Part shown: positions 47,759-56,932 of the stretch, in pieces | Position numbering within the stretch: the stretch's first letter is position 1 | How the letters are laid out: every line of letters starts with the position of its first letter | Source: a virus | Virus record (IMG/VR): IMGVR_UViG_3300031965_000007 | Span: 27,793 to 91,792 of that record | Strand: one strand, 5' to 3' | Length of the DNA stretch: 64,000 nt | Notes under the pieces: model-generated | What the model saw: the letters and a program-made list of their open reading frames with translations, nothing else | Told to the model about the DNA's origin: nothing | Databases searched by the model: none | Made by a program: the position numbers and the translations under genes

Positions 47759-48865
47759 CTAACTGCCCTGGGACGACACGAGAGAGATCTCCCATCTCGT
47801 TTCAGCTTCGCAGCCGATCAGCTTTACGTGCCTGCTCTCTACGAGCACGCTAAGATCGCCGCCAGCAATCGCGCTCGACGAGTAGCCTGCACTGCCTGGC
47901 AGGATGATCGTTTTCTCGAGCCACGAGTCGCCGTCATCGCTGCTCTGCCAGACAGCGAGCGCAGATCGTTCTCGAGTGCTGCTAGGGCTCACAAAGTACG
48001 TGGAGCTTGCGTCAGTGATTAGTGATACCTGGCAATAGAGGGTGTTAGCGCACTCGCACGTCGCTGCATCCTCGGCACACCACGAGCATCGATGTCCAGG
48101 CACAGCCAGCTCTTCTGCGTGCCAGTACGGCTGCCAGTACGCCTCGCCTGGACACTTCCTCGTGAGAGTCGCACGGAAGTAGCCTTGCGTTCTGTCGTTC
48201 GGCTCTCGAGGACGATCTGCTCTGAGCAAACATCCGTTAGGTGTTTCGATCATCGCAGACTCGATCGTGCCATCAAGTCTTTGATCGTGGTCGTTCCACA
48301 AGAACTTCGTTGTCCAGGTCTCGCCGTCAACTGACGTGAAGTACCTGCGACGAGCAGGGATCACTAGTGTGCCGTTGCTCGTCTTGAACCCAGCACCAGG
48401 CCCGAGAGCGTCGAACAGCGGACCTGGCAACGCCATTGCGGTCATGTCTCTGGGAGGCTGCACCTCGAGCTGACTGCCGACAACAGCGACCGGGAAGAAC
48501 ATGAGCCTACGCGTTGGCCCGGGTCCTCGAAGGTCTGCGTCGTACTCGCCAACCCAAAGGATCGCTCTCGTATTGTCGACAGCGACTGCGGTGGGATTGC
48601 CGCAGTTCGTACCTCGGGCGCACACCTTCTGCAGTGCGCCCCAAGTCGCGCCGGCGTCTCTGCTGACTTTGGCTACGGTGTCGACTTCACCCCAATCGCT
48701 GTGGCTGTAGCGACCCTCGGCAAAGGCGATGAGTGTTTGATCGCTTAGTGCTACGAGAGCTGGTATCCGAAAATCGGTGTAGCCTCCTTCACTTGATGCG
48801 AAAACTAGTCTTGCGCTTGTCGGCTGTAGAGCCAGCAACAATGCGATTGCGAGAATGGCGCGCAT
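47759..48865 (-). CDS. secreted exo-alpha-sialidase (GH33-like beta-propeller)
   Basis: AAGGAG RBS; signal peptide; FRIP; Asp-boxes SRDAGATW, SVDGETW, SSDDGDSW; GPGAG; TIESAM; SAGYSS; LVE. Confidence 0.88.
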   Translation of the reverse strand: MRAILAIALLLALQPTSARLVFASSEGGYTDFRIPALVALSDQTLIAFAEGRYSHSDWGEVDTVAKVSRDAGATWGALQKVCARGTNCGNPTAVAVDNTRAILWVGEYDADLRGPGPTRRLMFFPVAVVGSQLEVQPPRDMTAMALPGPLFDALGPGAGFKTSNGTLVIPARRRYFTSVDGETWTTKFLWNDHDQRLDGTIESAMIETPNGCLLRADRPREPNDRTQGYFRATLTRKCPGEAYWQPYWHAEELAVPGHRCSWCAEDAATCECANTLYCQVSLITDASSTYFVSPSSTRERSALAVWQSSDDGDSWLEKTIILPGSAGYSSSAIAGGDLSVLVESRHVKLIGCEAETRWEISLVSSQGS

Positions 48866-48993
48866 AGTTGACTCCTTTTTGAGCTGATGAGCTTCGTGCA
48901 AGCTTTGCCTACTTCGCAACTAGTAACCGATGCCTGCTTGTAGGCTTGCGCGGTTTGTGAGATGTTCGCTCAGGATCTAGGGCGGGAGGGCCA

Positions 48994-49458
48994 ATGAAAC
49001 GCATTCTCGGGTTTGGTGTTGTTGTACTCGTAGCGTGCGCGCCGAGAATCAGCGCGCCAGCTCGTACTGCTCTCGACGTCGATGTGTTCGCAGCAGCCGA
49101 TCGCGGATGGGAGTCCGTTGGACTTGGTCAGCCAGGCGCATGTCTCGCACGTGCGCGGATCGAGGTGGCCCGAAGCGAGTCCGAGTTTCGTCGCCGGTGT
49201 CTGCTTAGCGCATGCGTCTCCGCTGCGGCTTGTTGGCTCGATGAAGAAAAGGTTGCCCTATTCAGCCCGGCACGCGAAATCGAGCCAGGTGGTGAACCAG
49301 GTGTGCACGAGGCGATGCACGGATTGACTCGCTGTCACTTACCCAGGGCACGACAAGACCCTTACGACGCCGGCCATACTAACCCGCGTGTGTGGCTGCA
49401 AGCAGGCGGCGCGACAAGCGCGCAGGCGCGTGCGCGGGAGGCTTACGATGGTCGGTGA
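48994..49458 (+). CDS. lipoprotein with HExxH motif
   Basis: GGAGG RBS; lipobox VLVA-C; VHEAMH...H. Confidence 0.7.
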   Translation: MKRILGFGVVVLVACAPRISAPARTALDVDVFAAADRGWESVGLGQPGACLARARIEVARSESEFRRRCLLSACVSAAACWLDEEKVALFSPAREIEPGGEPGVHEAMHGLTRCHLPRARQDPYDAGHTNPRVWLQAGGATSAQARAREAYDGR

Positions 49459-49503
49459 TCAGCACTGTCCTTTGAGCGTTTGGTTTCTACAGCAGGACAA
49501 GCC

Positions 49504-49605
49504 GTGAACATCATCCGTGTGATCTTGCTCCTGTGCCTCTTGCCTTTTGTGCTGTGGTTCATCAGCCAAGACGACGTCGAAGACATCCTCGATGTTTCCG
49601 GCTAA
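49504..49605 (+). CDS. small membrane peptide (33 aa)
   Basis: not in ORF track; AGGA RBS, GTG start; one TM then an acidic tail. Confidence 0.5.
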   Translation: MNIIRVILLLCLLPFVLWFISQDDVEDILDVSG

Positions 49606-49614
49606 GATGCCTCA

Positions 49615-50016
49615 ATGGGCACCAGATATTTGACCTGCGTACTCGACAATGGATCAGATCGTTCGCTCAGCGTTCCTGCAAACCCGCGGCAGGCGTTGAG
49701 GATGACGCAAGGCAGTACCATGCTGCTGATCCTCAAGGTCGTACACAACGACGGTACACCAGTTGCGTTGACAGCAGCACCAGTCTTCGCGATCAAGAAA
49801 ACAGGCAGGCAGGACCAAGCCGACGTGCTTCTTACGAGTACGCTCGCGCCTATTCGCGGCGTAAACTATGCTGTCGTGACGATCGATGCCACGGCGACGA
49901 AGTACATGGAGCCAGGTAGGTTCGTTTACGACGTGTGGCTCACGCAGGACGGGTCACGTGACCCGATCATTCCTTACAGCCAGTTTGTGCTCGAGCCAGG
50001 TTTGCAGCTACCGTAG
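49615..50016 (+). CDS. Ig-like (BppU N-terminal-like) virion protein
   Basis: QG.T..L...V...G.PV.LT...F.IK; V.I....T....G.FVYDVW.T...G.R. Confidence 0.7.
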   Translation: MGTRYLTCVLDNGSDRSLSVPANPRQALRMTQGSTMLLILKVVHNDGTPVALTAAPVFAIKKTGRQDQADVLLTSTLAPIRGVNYAVVTIDATATKYMEPGRFVYDVWLTQDGSRDPIIPYSQFVLEPGLQLP

Positions 50017-50023
50017 GGGCACG

Positions 50024-50467
50024 ATGAAGTGGCCAGAACTCTTCCAGGGTCTGACGGTGGTCGGAGGTGGTCTCTCAGCCATTCTCGGTGCTGTCATGCT
50101 GAAGTGGAAGTTGTCTGGCGCCCGTGACCTGAAGCGTATTGACGTCTCAGCAGAGTGGCAGACGCAGATGCTTTCTCGTATCAGCGCCGTCGAGGCAGAG
50201 CTAGCTCGCGAGCGTCTGCGCGGCGATGAGTTGGAGCGCGAAGCGTTCCGTGCGCGATCCAAAGCCGCAGAACTCGAGTGGGAGCTTGAGCGATCGAAGG
50301 CTGAGCGGCACGACTTCCAGGTACGCCTTCAGTCACTTACTGATCACAATCAGCAGCTACAGAAACAAAACCAGGCTTTGGGGCGCGAGCTTCGCGAGCT
50401 TCATCGACAGATCAGCGGGTACCCTATCCCGACGATCCCGCCGCCAGTACCGCAGAAGAAGAGGTAG
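50024..50467 (+). CDS. N-terminal TM + coiled-coil protein (holin-associated type)
   Basis: hydrophobic N-terminus, long heptad region. Confidence 0.7.
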   Translation: MKWPELFQGLTVVGGGLSAILGAVMLKWKLSGARDLKRIDVSAEWQTQMLSRISAVEAELARERLRGDELEREAFRARSKAAELEWELERSKAERHDFQVRLQSLTDHNQQLQKQNQALGRELRELHRQISGYPIPTIPPPVPQKKR

Positions 50468-50470
50468 ACC

Positions 50471-50851
50471 ATGGAAATCGACTGGGCACTGATCATTGAG
50501 CACTGGCCGTTCGCAGCTTGCGCGTCGATCCTCGCAGTCTGCGGCATCGTCTCAGACAACATCTTCACGCGCGAGCGTTCGTACATCTTCGACAAAGCAG
50601 GTCAGAAGGTCGGTACGCGCGCTTTTTGGTACTGGATGCGCGCAACTCAGCCGGCGCACCCGCTTGCAGTGTCGATCGTTCTTGGCTTCCTAATGCCTTT
50701 TCCTGAGGCGAGCATTGTTTCTCGCCGCATGACAGTCCTCTACTACGGCGGTGCCGGCGTGGCTGCGCTTGCGATGTGGATCTGGGTGCGTGCCAAGAAG
50801 AAGGCTGGCGAGCTGGACTTTCCTGGTGAGAGCCTCCGACCTCCTAGCTAG
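50471..50851 (+). CDS. multi-TM membrane protein, holin candidate
   Basis: GAGG RBS; about three hydrophobic segments, basic C-terminal tail. Confidence 0.55.
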   Translation: MEIDWALIIEHWPFAACASILAVCGIVSDNIFTRERSYIFDKAGQKVGTRAFWYWMRATQPAHPLAVSIVLGFLMPFPEASIVSRRMTVLYYGGAGVAALAMWIWVRAKKKAGELDFPGESLRPPS

Positions 50852-50888
50852 AAGTCGTGTTCTGTGCTTGAGTGCCGCTGGAGGTGGC

Positions 50889-51239
50889 ATGCGTACACTC
50901 TGCACCATCGGAGACTGGCTAAAGCGCCACAGTATGTGGCTGCTCCTTGTCGTGCTTGGCGCGTGGACAGGCGCAGCTCTTATTCGCAAGCGATCCAGCC
51001 AGGTCAACACACTCGAGAGCGCGCTCGCAGTACAGAGATCAAAGCAAGCGCTGCAGGTGTTGCGTAAGCAGCAAGCTAAACTCGTGACGTCGGATCGTGT
51101 CGTCGCCAACGAAGTGCTGCAGGTCAGCGCCGAGATCACTCGCCACAAGCGCGCCATCGCCGAAGCGCACGCCGGCAAAGGCTGGGACGAGCTGTCGGAC
51201 GACGAGGTGCGCGCAGCACTACGGGAGGCGGGGCTGTGA
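50889..51239 (+). CDS. N-anchored coiled-coil protein, i-spanin-like
   Basis: GGAGG RBS; single TM then helical domain. Confidence 0.55.
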   Translation: MRTLCTIGDWLKRHSMWLLLVVLGAWTGAALIRKRSSQVNTLESALAVQRSKQALQVLRKQQAKLVTSDRVVANEVLQVSAEITRHKRAIAEAHAGKGWDELSDDEVRAALREAGL

Positions 51240-51859
51240 TACGACAATGCGTACAGTATTCGTGTAATACAGCACCCGCAGCACGCGCCCCGCAGCGCCC
51301 CGCACCCCCCGCTCCAGCTACCCTGCTAGCAGGGGCGGCATTTCGGGGGCGCACGCGCTGGATTTGGGCGGGTTCTGCGTGCCTGGCACTTGCCCTGCTC
51401 GCCCCTGCTGGGGCACGTGCGCAGGACGCCCGTGCAAGCGCCCTTGCAGAGCGCAGTGTGCTGGTGCTGCGGGAGGCGTCGGGGGCGATGCGGGAGTGCA
51501 CGCAGGCACAGCCGTGTGCAGGCAGGGCCGGGACGCGCGGCGTCTGGTGGCCTGATGTCGACGCGCAGGAGCTGGTGGCCCAGTACAAGGCGGCGCCAGC
51601 ATGGGAGGCGCTCGCCGCAGCAAGCGAGCGCAAGGCCTCGTTGCTCGAGGAACGCCTGAAGCTCTGGCAGGAGATGCGCAGCATAGCTCTCTCTCAGGTG
51701 GAGCTGTCGGAGACGATGACCGAGCAAGCCATCGCGCGTGCGTCCACTGCAGAGGCGCGCGCGATCAAAGCAGAAGGTCATCGACTACAGTGGTTCGGCT
51801 ACGGCATGCTCACAGTTGCAGCGTCGATCGCAGCAGCCTTTGCTATCTCTGCTCTTTGA
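51236..51859 (+). CDS. exported coiled-coil protein with C-terminal TM, spanin-like
   Basis: signal-like segment (LALALLAPAGARA-Q), coiled coil, C-terminal hydrophobic anchor; start uncertain. Confidence 0.5.
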   Translation: MIRQCVQYSCNTAPAARAPQRPAPPAPATLLAGAAFRGRTRWIWAGSACLALALLAPAGARAQDARASALAERSVLVLREASGAMRECTQAQPCAGRAGTRGVWWPDVDAQELVAQYKAAPAWEALAAASERKASLLEERLKLWQEMRSIALSQVELSETMTEQAIARASTAEARAIKAEGHRLQWFGYGMLTVAASIAAAFAISAL

Positions 51860-52471
51860 TCAGAACATGCGCGATAGCAGAATCGACACCATCGTCGATA
51901 GCGGCGACAGAAGGACAGGCGATCCTTCGCGCATGAGCGATCGCTCTGCGTGCATCATTGCACCACGCGCCAGCGCTTCTTCCTCTTCGAGGTTCAGCCC
52001 ACGCACGTGTCGATCTGTGTTGAGGTCGTAACACGCCGCTGGATCGTCCATGGAGTAGTACGCGCGACAAGCAAGCGGACGATGTGCGTAGATCCTGCAG
52101 GTACCGTCATCTGCGAGAAATGCACACGGTAGTTGCAAGGCCCAGTATCGACGTGCGATGTCGTCGAGCTGCTCTCGCAAAGACGCAGGGTCATCGGTGC
52201 GTACAGAGCCTAGCTTAGTGATCGCTTGGTTGTTGCGCTCCAGCTTGTCTTTGACGAGAAGGGCAACCGAACGGCACTTGTCTACGATCATTGCTGCCTC
52301 GGATAGGCTGACCGTGACGAGCTGGCGGCAACACCCGTTGCACGGTACCTTGCTACCGCACTGCACCGGAGCAGAGGCTACAACAGGCTTCACGTTCTCG
52401 TCGAACTGATCCACTACAGACTTCGCGTGCATTCCTAGCATGCGAAGTGATCGCTTCGCTACAGACATCAA
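51860..52471 (-). CDS. YkgJ / CxxCxxCC Zn/Fe-chelating cysteine-cluster protein
   Basis: C...CNGCC; CAFL..DG.C.IY..RP..CR.Y. Confidence 0.88.
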   Translation of the reverse strand: MMSVAKRSLRMLGMHAKSVVDQFDENVKPVVASAPVQCGSKVPCNGCCRQLVTVSLSEAAMIVDKCRSVALLVKDKLERNNQAITKLGSVRTDDPASLREQLDDIARRYWALQLPCAFLADDGTCRIYAHRPLACRAYYSMDDPAACYDLNTDRHVRGLNLEEEEALARGAMMHAERSLMREGSPVLLSPLSTMVSILLSRMF

Positions 52472-52740
52472 AGACTCCTTTTCGTGCTGATAGGGATCAC
52501 AATCTCAGCAGGCACCTTGCTCGACTTGGCGCACGCCTGTGCCGAACGAAGTATCGGTTCGCTCACTCGCAGCGCGTCGATACGCTTTTGGCGATTCGCA
52601 ACGCGACGCTTCCACGCAGCTTCCTCTTTGCGCGACATCGTGATCGAATAGTGGTCCGCAGACTTCTGCGCCTGCAAGGCACGGTACTGGGATTGGCACG
52701 CGTCGATGATCGCGCTGAGTATGTCGGTGTTTTTGATCAT
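52468..52740 (-). CDS. hypothetical protein
   Basis: coupled to both neighbours. Confidence 0.6.
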   Translation of the reverse strand: MIKNTDILSAIIDACQSQYRALQAQKSADHYSITMSRKEEAAWKRRVANRQKRIDALRVSEPILRSAQACAKSSKVPAEIVIPISTKRSL

Positions 52741-53357
52741 CAGTCGTCACCCCGGAAGAAGTGCATAGTGACAGCAGCTGAAAACGCTTCGCTGCTCATG
52801 TCTAACAAGATGCGCATGGCCTCTTCCTCGAACTCACGATCAGGTAGATCTCGGAGTGCGTCGTCTAGCTCCTTGATTTTTGGGTCAACCCACATGTTGT
52901 GCGTTGCTACTGAGACCCCTAGCCGGTTACGGGCTCGGTGCTCGGCGCCCGAGATGTCTGTGTTGACGATCAGGTAGTATTCGAAGATCTGCTTCTTGCC
53001 AAAGAGCTTTGCTGATTGATCCATGAGCTGCGTCCAACGGTTGACACGGTAGAACGCTATCGGCACGAAGCCTTTTGCCTTCGCGATGCCTTCGTACTTG
53101 AAGATGTTGCAGGCGAGTGACCCAGCCTTGTGCACTCTCGTAGATGTGCCGCGCTGTTCGTACGCTGACGGTATACTGTGATTTGGCCACATCTTGCACA
53201 GAGCAAAGAACTGCTCGCTTGTAGGCTTCTCGAAAAGCCCGCAGTGTATGCAGTGCCGGGTCCATTGGCCCACTGTCCGTTGGCCCACTGTCACGTGCGC
53301 CTCGCTAGTACGGCGCCTTTGCGCACGCGTCCCATTGAGCAGGTATTGGCCTGCCAT
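52740..53357 (-). CDS. hypothetical protein with Cys motif
   Basis: GGAG upstream of ATG 53357; CIHC...C...C. Confidence 0.6.
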   Translation of the reverse strand: MAGQYLLNGTRAQRRRTSEAHVTVGQRTVGQWTRHCIHCGLFEKPTSEQFFALCKMWPNHSIPSAYEQRGTSTRVHKAGSLACNIFKYEGIAKAKGFVPIAFYRVNRWTQLMDQSAKLFGKKQIFEYYLIVNTDISGAEHRARNRLGVSVATHNMWVDPKIKELDDALRDLPDREFEEEAMRILLDMSSEAFSAAVTMHFFRGDD

Positions 53358-53991
53358 TGTCGATCGTGAAGTCGTTCTCCACACGTAGCCCTAGTTCGGT
53401 TGTTGCGTAGCCGAGCACCACTTCTTTCCATAGCCACTCTCCCGGATCGTTACGACGTGTGCCGCTTGATTGTCGATGCGCGTAGATGCGATCGATGTTG
53501 CAGCCGACATCTGTGCAGACGCGGAGCAGCTCTCGCACTGCTACCTTCGCTGCGTTCAACGTTTGCTCTTCTCGAGCAGTAGGCGACCGACCAGACCAGG
53601 TCGTTGCTTTTACTGAAGACTCGAGACCTGGGTAGAGACCCTCGACTTCGATTCCTACCGTCGTTGCATTCAGCTTGTTCGCTTGCCACACGTAGATCGA
53701 CGGATGATTGGTGATCGCAACGAATCCCCCTCGGAACGCCATCGCGTGGCACGCCACATTGAGCCCGCGATGTGCGCGAGCTAGCTCTCGATCTCCGTCA
53801 GCACGTTTGAGCTGTGCTCTAGAGACACCAAACTCCACAGCCGTTTGGTGCAAGACGATGCCTGTGATGGTGCGCGGGTTGCGCCGCACAACCTTGCCGC
53901 GCACCTGTTTCGTTTTCGGCGGCGGGTCTGCCTGAAGTGCTCGAAGGTCATAGATTCGAACGCTTGCGAGTGTTGGGACTGATTCTTGCAT
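53305..53991 (-). CDS. N-acetylmuramoyl-L-alanine amidase (Amidase_2), probable endolysin
   Basis: AGGAGG RBS; IVLHQT, H, N..TVGIEVEG, AHR......DPG. Confidence 0.88.
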   Translation of the reverse strand: MQESVPTLASVRIYDLRALQADPPPKTKQVRGKVVRRNPRTITGIVLHQTAVEFGVSRAQLKRADGDRELARAHRGLNVACHAMAFRGGFVAITNHPSIYVWQANKLNATTVGIEVEGLYPGLESSVKATTWSGRSPTAREEQTLNAAKVAVRELLRVCTDVGCNIDRIYAHRQSSGTRRNDPGEWLWKEVVLGYATTELGLRVENDFTIDNGRPIPAQWDACAKAPY

Positions 53992-54074
53992 TTCTAGCCT
54001 CCTACGAGGCAACCACCATACCGCACAGGCGTTCGCTCTTGCTACCCGGCGCATTCGACGCTAAGTCATGATCC

Positions 54075-54629
54075 ATGACAAAACTTGTGATAGCGGTACT
54101 GATCTCTCTGATCTCTAGTTCAGCATTAGCAACGCTGCCTGAGGTAGAGTGGACACCTGAAGCGCGAATCACACTTGCGCGCGCTGTCGTCGCAGAGGCA
54201 GATTGGTCGACACGAGACCATGCAGCGATCGCCTGGGTGTTGAAGCGGCGGTGGGAGCAGAGGCAGAAGGTGCAGCCTCAGTGGACGTTCTTGGATCAAG
54301 TCAACGCATACTGCGCAGGCATGAAGTCAGATACAGAGCGATCTCGCTGGTTCCGCGATCTACCGGAAGACCCCTACGGCGCACCACCGGATCACTGGCC
54401 CTACAAGCGTGCTTGGAACACGTACCAAGCCGACTGGGCTCGCGTGCTGCGCTTGGTTGACGCGTGGCAAAGGGGCGCTGTACGCGATCCTTGCCGCGGC
54501 CGAGCCATGCACTGGGGGTCTTCAGAGGACAGCGAACGCCCTGCAGCCGGCAAGTGGTCGTTGGTACAGTGCGGTGCGACGCTCAACTTGTTTTGGCAGA
54601 CTCCATTGCCGAGGCCAACAGCTCGTTGA
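54075..54629 (+). CDS. secreted SleB/Hydrolase_2-like cell-wall hydrolase
   Basis: signal peptide; LAR.V.AEA....AIAWVL.RR; DP..G.A.HW. Confidence 0.7.
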   Translation: MTKLVIAVLISLISSSALATLPEVEWTPEARITLARAVVAEADWSTRDHAAIAWVLKRRWEQRQKVQPQWTFLDQVNAYCAGMKSDTERSRWFRDLPEDPYGAPPDHWPYKRAWNTYQADWARVLRLVDAWQRGAVRDPCRGRAMHWGSSEDSERPAAGKWSLVQCGATLNLFWQTPLPRPTAR

Positions 54630-56529
54630 ACTCGACTTCAGACAGGATCTTGATTGAAGAGCCCTTGGCGTTGTACTGCTCTGCCTTCTCGCGCTTCGAG
54701 CGTTGCTCGTCTTTGGCCAGATCCCCGACCACTAGGTAGTCGGTGTCCTTGGTCACGCCGGATGGCGTACTAGCGCCAAGCGTTCGAACTAGTTCACGTG
54801 CTTCTTCGCGCTCGAGGTCAGTGAGTCGTCCTGTGAACACGATCTTCTTGCCGACGAACGGACCAGACGCCGGCCCCGCACTGTCTTCGAGCGCGACACT
54901 CTCTGTGGCCATGAACGAGAGCATAGTGACGTGATCGGCAAGGAAGGTCACGATGTCCTTCCACCGTACACCCAAGCCCTTTGCGCACGGAATGAGATCC
55001 TCATCGCCAGTAACAGCTAGCTCGAGCGCATCCTTGACGGTGCAGACCGACAAGAACTTCTCGGCTTGTGATCTACCGACGCCAGGAATGCCGAGGGCAG
55101 CGAGGAACGTGACAGACGTCATCTTGCGCTTATCGTCGCGCTCTTTGATCAACTTAGGTCCGAGGCCTTTGCCAAGAACGACGCTCGCTTCCTTGCGCGA
55201 GATGTTGTAGAGATCCTGGATGCTGTCGAGCACTTCTGCGTCGCGCAAGGATCGCACCACCTCCTCGCCCCAGCCCAGCATTCCGATCTCACGACACCAG
55301 TAGGTGATGCGACCAACGACTTGATCCTCACAGCCTTCTGTATTCAGGCAGCGTACCGTTGCCCCGTCTCGGATCAGGACCTCGCTACAGCATGGACAAC
55401 GTTTCGGCGCCTTGATCTTCTTCGCACTCATGCTGTACGCAAGCATGCGCTCGACGTGCGGGATGACGCCGCCTCGTCGCGTCACTTCGACCGTGCTCGG
55501 TGTGCGCAAGTCTAACGTCTTGATCTGATCCAGGTTGTGGAGCGTCACACGCGTGACCGTCACGCCCGAGAGCTGCACTGGCTCGAGGATACCGACAGGC
55601 GAAACAGCGCCTGTCCTAGACACTTGCCACTCCACGCCGGTAAGCACAGTGGTCGACGTCTCGCCTTGCTTCTTGAGCGCAATGGCCCAGCGAGGATGGT
55701 GCGCTGTGGCTCCAAGTAGCTTGCGCTGGGCGAAGCTGTTCACTTTCACAACGATGCCGTCTGTCTCGAACGGCAGGTCGATCTCACTCATGTCTGCGAC
55801 AGCGCCGGCAACGTCTGACGCAGGTACTAGAAGACGCTTGCCTACGTTGAAACCGACACCGTCGAGGAAGTCGAGCCGCATGTCTAGCGGGAACTGGTGA
55901 TCGTCCTCGTCGATAGCCAGCATGTCGTAGGCAACGAAGTTCAGGCACTTCAGCAAGTAGGAGTCGAGTCGCTTCGCAAGCAGTGTGCCTGCCGCAGCGT
56001 TGCGCGGGTTGGAGGTTGAGCCTTCTGCAGCCTTCAGCTGGAAAACGTTCTGCAGCTCTGCTGACCATTGGTGCACGTCGAACAGAACTTCGCCTCGAAC
56101 GATCACACGCCCTTCGATGTGGGTGTCGATCTCGTGCGGAAGTTGCATGTTGAGGACTTTCACAGTCACGTCGTCACCGACCGCTCCATCGCCGCGCGTG
56201 ACAGCCGAGTGGAGTCGGCCTTCGGCGTAGATCAGCGAGAGCGACACACCGTCGTACTTGGGCGCGACAACGAACTTCCCTTTGATCGACGAAGCCCACT
56301 TCTGAACTGCCTCCACGTTGTAGGTCTTGTCCAACGAAAGCATCGGTACGTCGTGCGAGAACTTCAGGCGTGTCGCCAGTGTGCCGATTTCAAGCAAGAC
56401 GCGGCTGTTGGGATTCTGCGTTCGGAGCTTCTCGATCAGCTGGTCAAACTCAGCATCGCTGATCTCTGGCTTACCTTGATCGTACAACTTCTGATGACGC
56501 CTGATTTCTTTTTCGAGCTGGTCCATCAT
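54583..56529 (-). CDS. ligA: NAD+-dependent DNA ligase
   Basis: ISDAEFD, PMLSL, KYDG, TRGDG, RGE, NPRNAAAG, DGIVVK, Zn finger CPCC..C...C, HhH, BRCT (VFTG...V.K.TDYLV.G). Confidence 0.96.
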   Translation of the reverse strand: MMDQLEKEIRRHQKLYDQGKPEISDAEFDQLIEKLRTQNPNSRVLLEIGTLATRLKFSHDVPMLSLDKTYNVEAVQKWASSIKGKFVVAPKYDGVSLSLIYAEGRLHSAVTRGDGAVGDDVTVKVLNMQLPHEIDTHIEGRVIVRGEVLFDVHQWSAELQNVFQLKAAEGSTSNPRNAAAGTLLAKRLDSYLLKCLNFVAYDMLAIDEDDHQFPLDMRLDFLDGVGFNVGKRLLVPASDVAGAVADMSEIDLPFETDGIVVKVNSFAQRKLLGATAHHPRWAIALKKQGETSTTVLTGVEWQVSRTGAVSPVGILEPVQLSGVTVTRVTLHNLDQIKTLDLRTPSTVEVTRRGGVIPHVERMLAYSMSAKKIKAPKRCPCCSEVLIRDGATVRCLNTEGCEDQVVGRITYWCREIGMLGWGEEVVRSLRDAEVLDSIQDLYNISRKEASVVLGKGLGPKLIKERDDKRKMTSVTFLAALGIPGVGRSQAEKFLSVCTVKDALELAVTGDEDLIPCAKGLGVRWKDIVTFLADHVTMLSFMATESVALEDSAGPASGPFVGKKIVFTGRLTDLEREEARELVRTLGASTPSGVTKDTDYLVVGDLAKDEQRSKREKAEQYNAKGSSIKILSEVEFNELLASAMESAKTS

Positions 56530-56932
56530 CTGCTCCTTCTACGATCTCGAATGCCTTCTCAACGACCGACAGTAGCTGCATGAACTGCGATCGCTCCATT
56601 GAAACGATGTGCTCGTTGTTCGCAGTGCGAACGAAGACGAGCGCAGGCTTGCCTGCATACCGAGTGTCTTCCGACTCGCTCGAGTCGCGCAGTGCCTGCT
56701 TGAGCTTGTTGCGGATGGCGATCGTAGAGCCTGTCCCGCACTCCACCCAGAACGGCGTACCGCCTACGTCAGGTGCATCTGACCCCTTGCGCGACTGACC
56801 GTAGAGGCGAGCAGCCTTGGGGTACACTTCCTTGAGGCAGTTCGCACAGTTGCGCTCGTAGTCCTTGCCGCGGTTGCGGCTGCTACGACCTCGCTTCTGT
56901 AGCTCCTTCTTGCTGACCTTCTTTCGCGCCAC
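56471..56932 (-). CDS. Holliday junction resolvase-like PD-(D/E)xK protein
   Basis: SRNRGK.YER; PDV...F.VEC(G); W/L.QA..D...P.V..R. Confidence 0.7.
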   Translation of the reverse strand: MARKKVSKKELQKRGRSSRNRGKDYERNCANCLKEVYPKAARLYGQSRKGSDAPDVGGTPFWVECGTGSTIAIRNKLKQALRDSSESEDTRYAGKPALVFVRTANNEHIVSMERSQFMQLLSVVEKAFEIVEGADDGPARKRNQASSEVVRSR

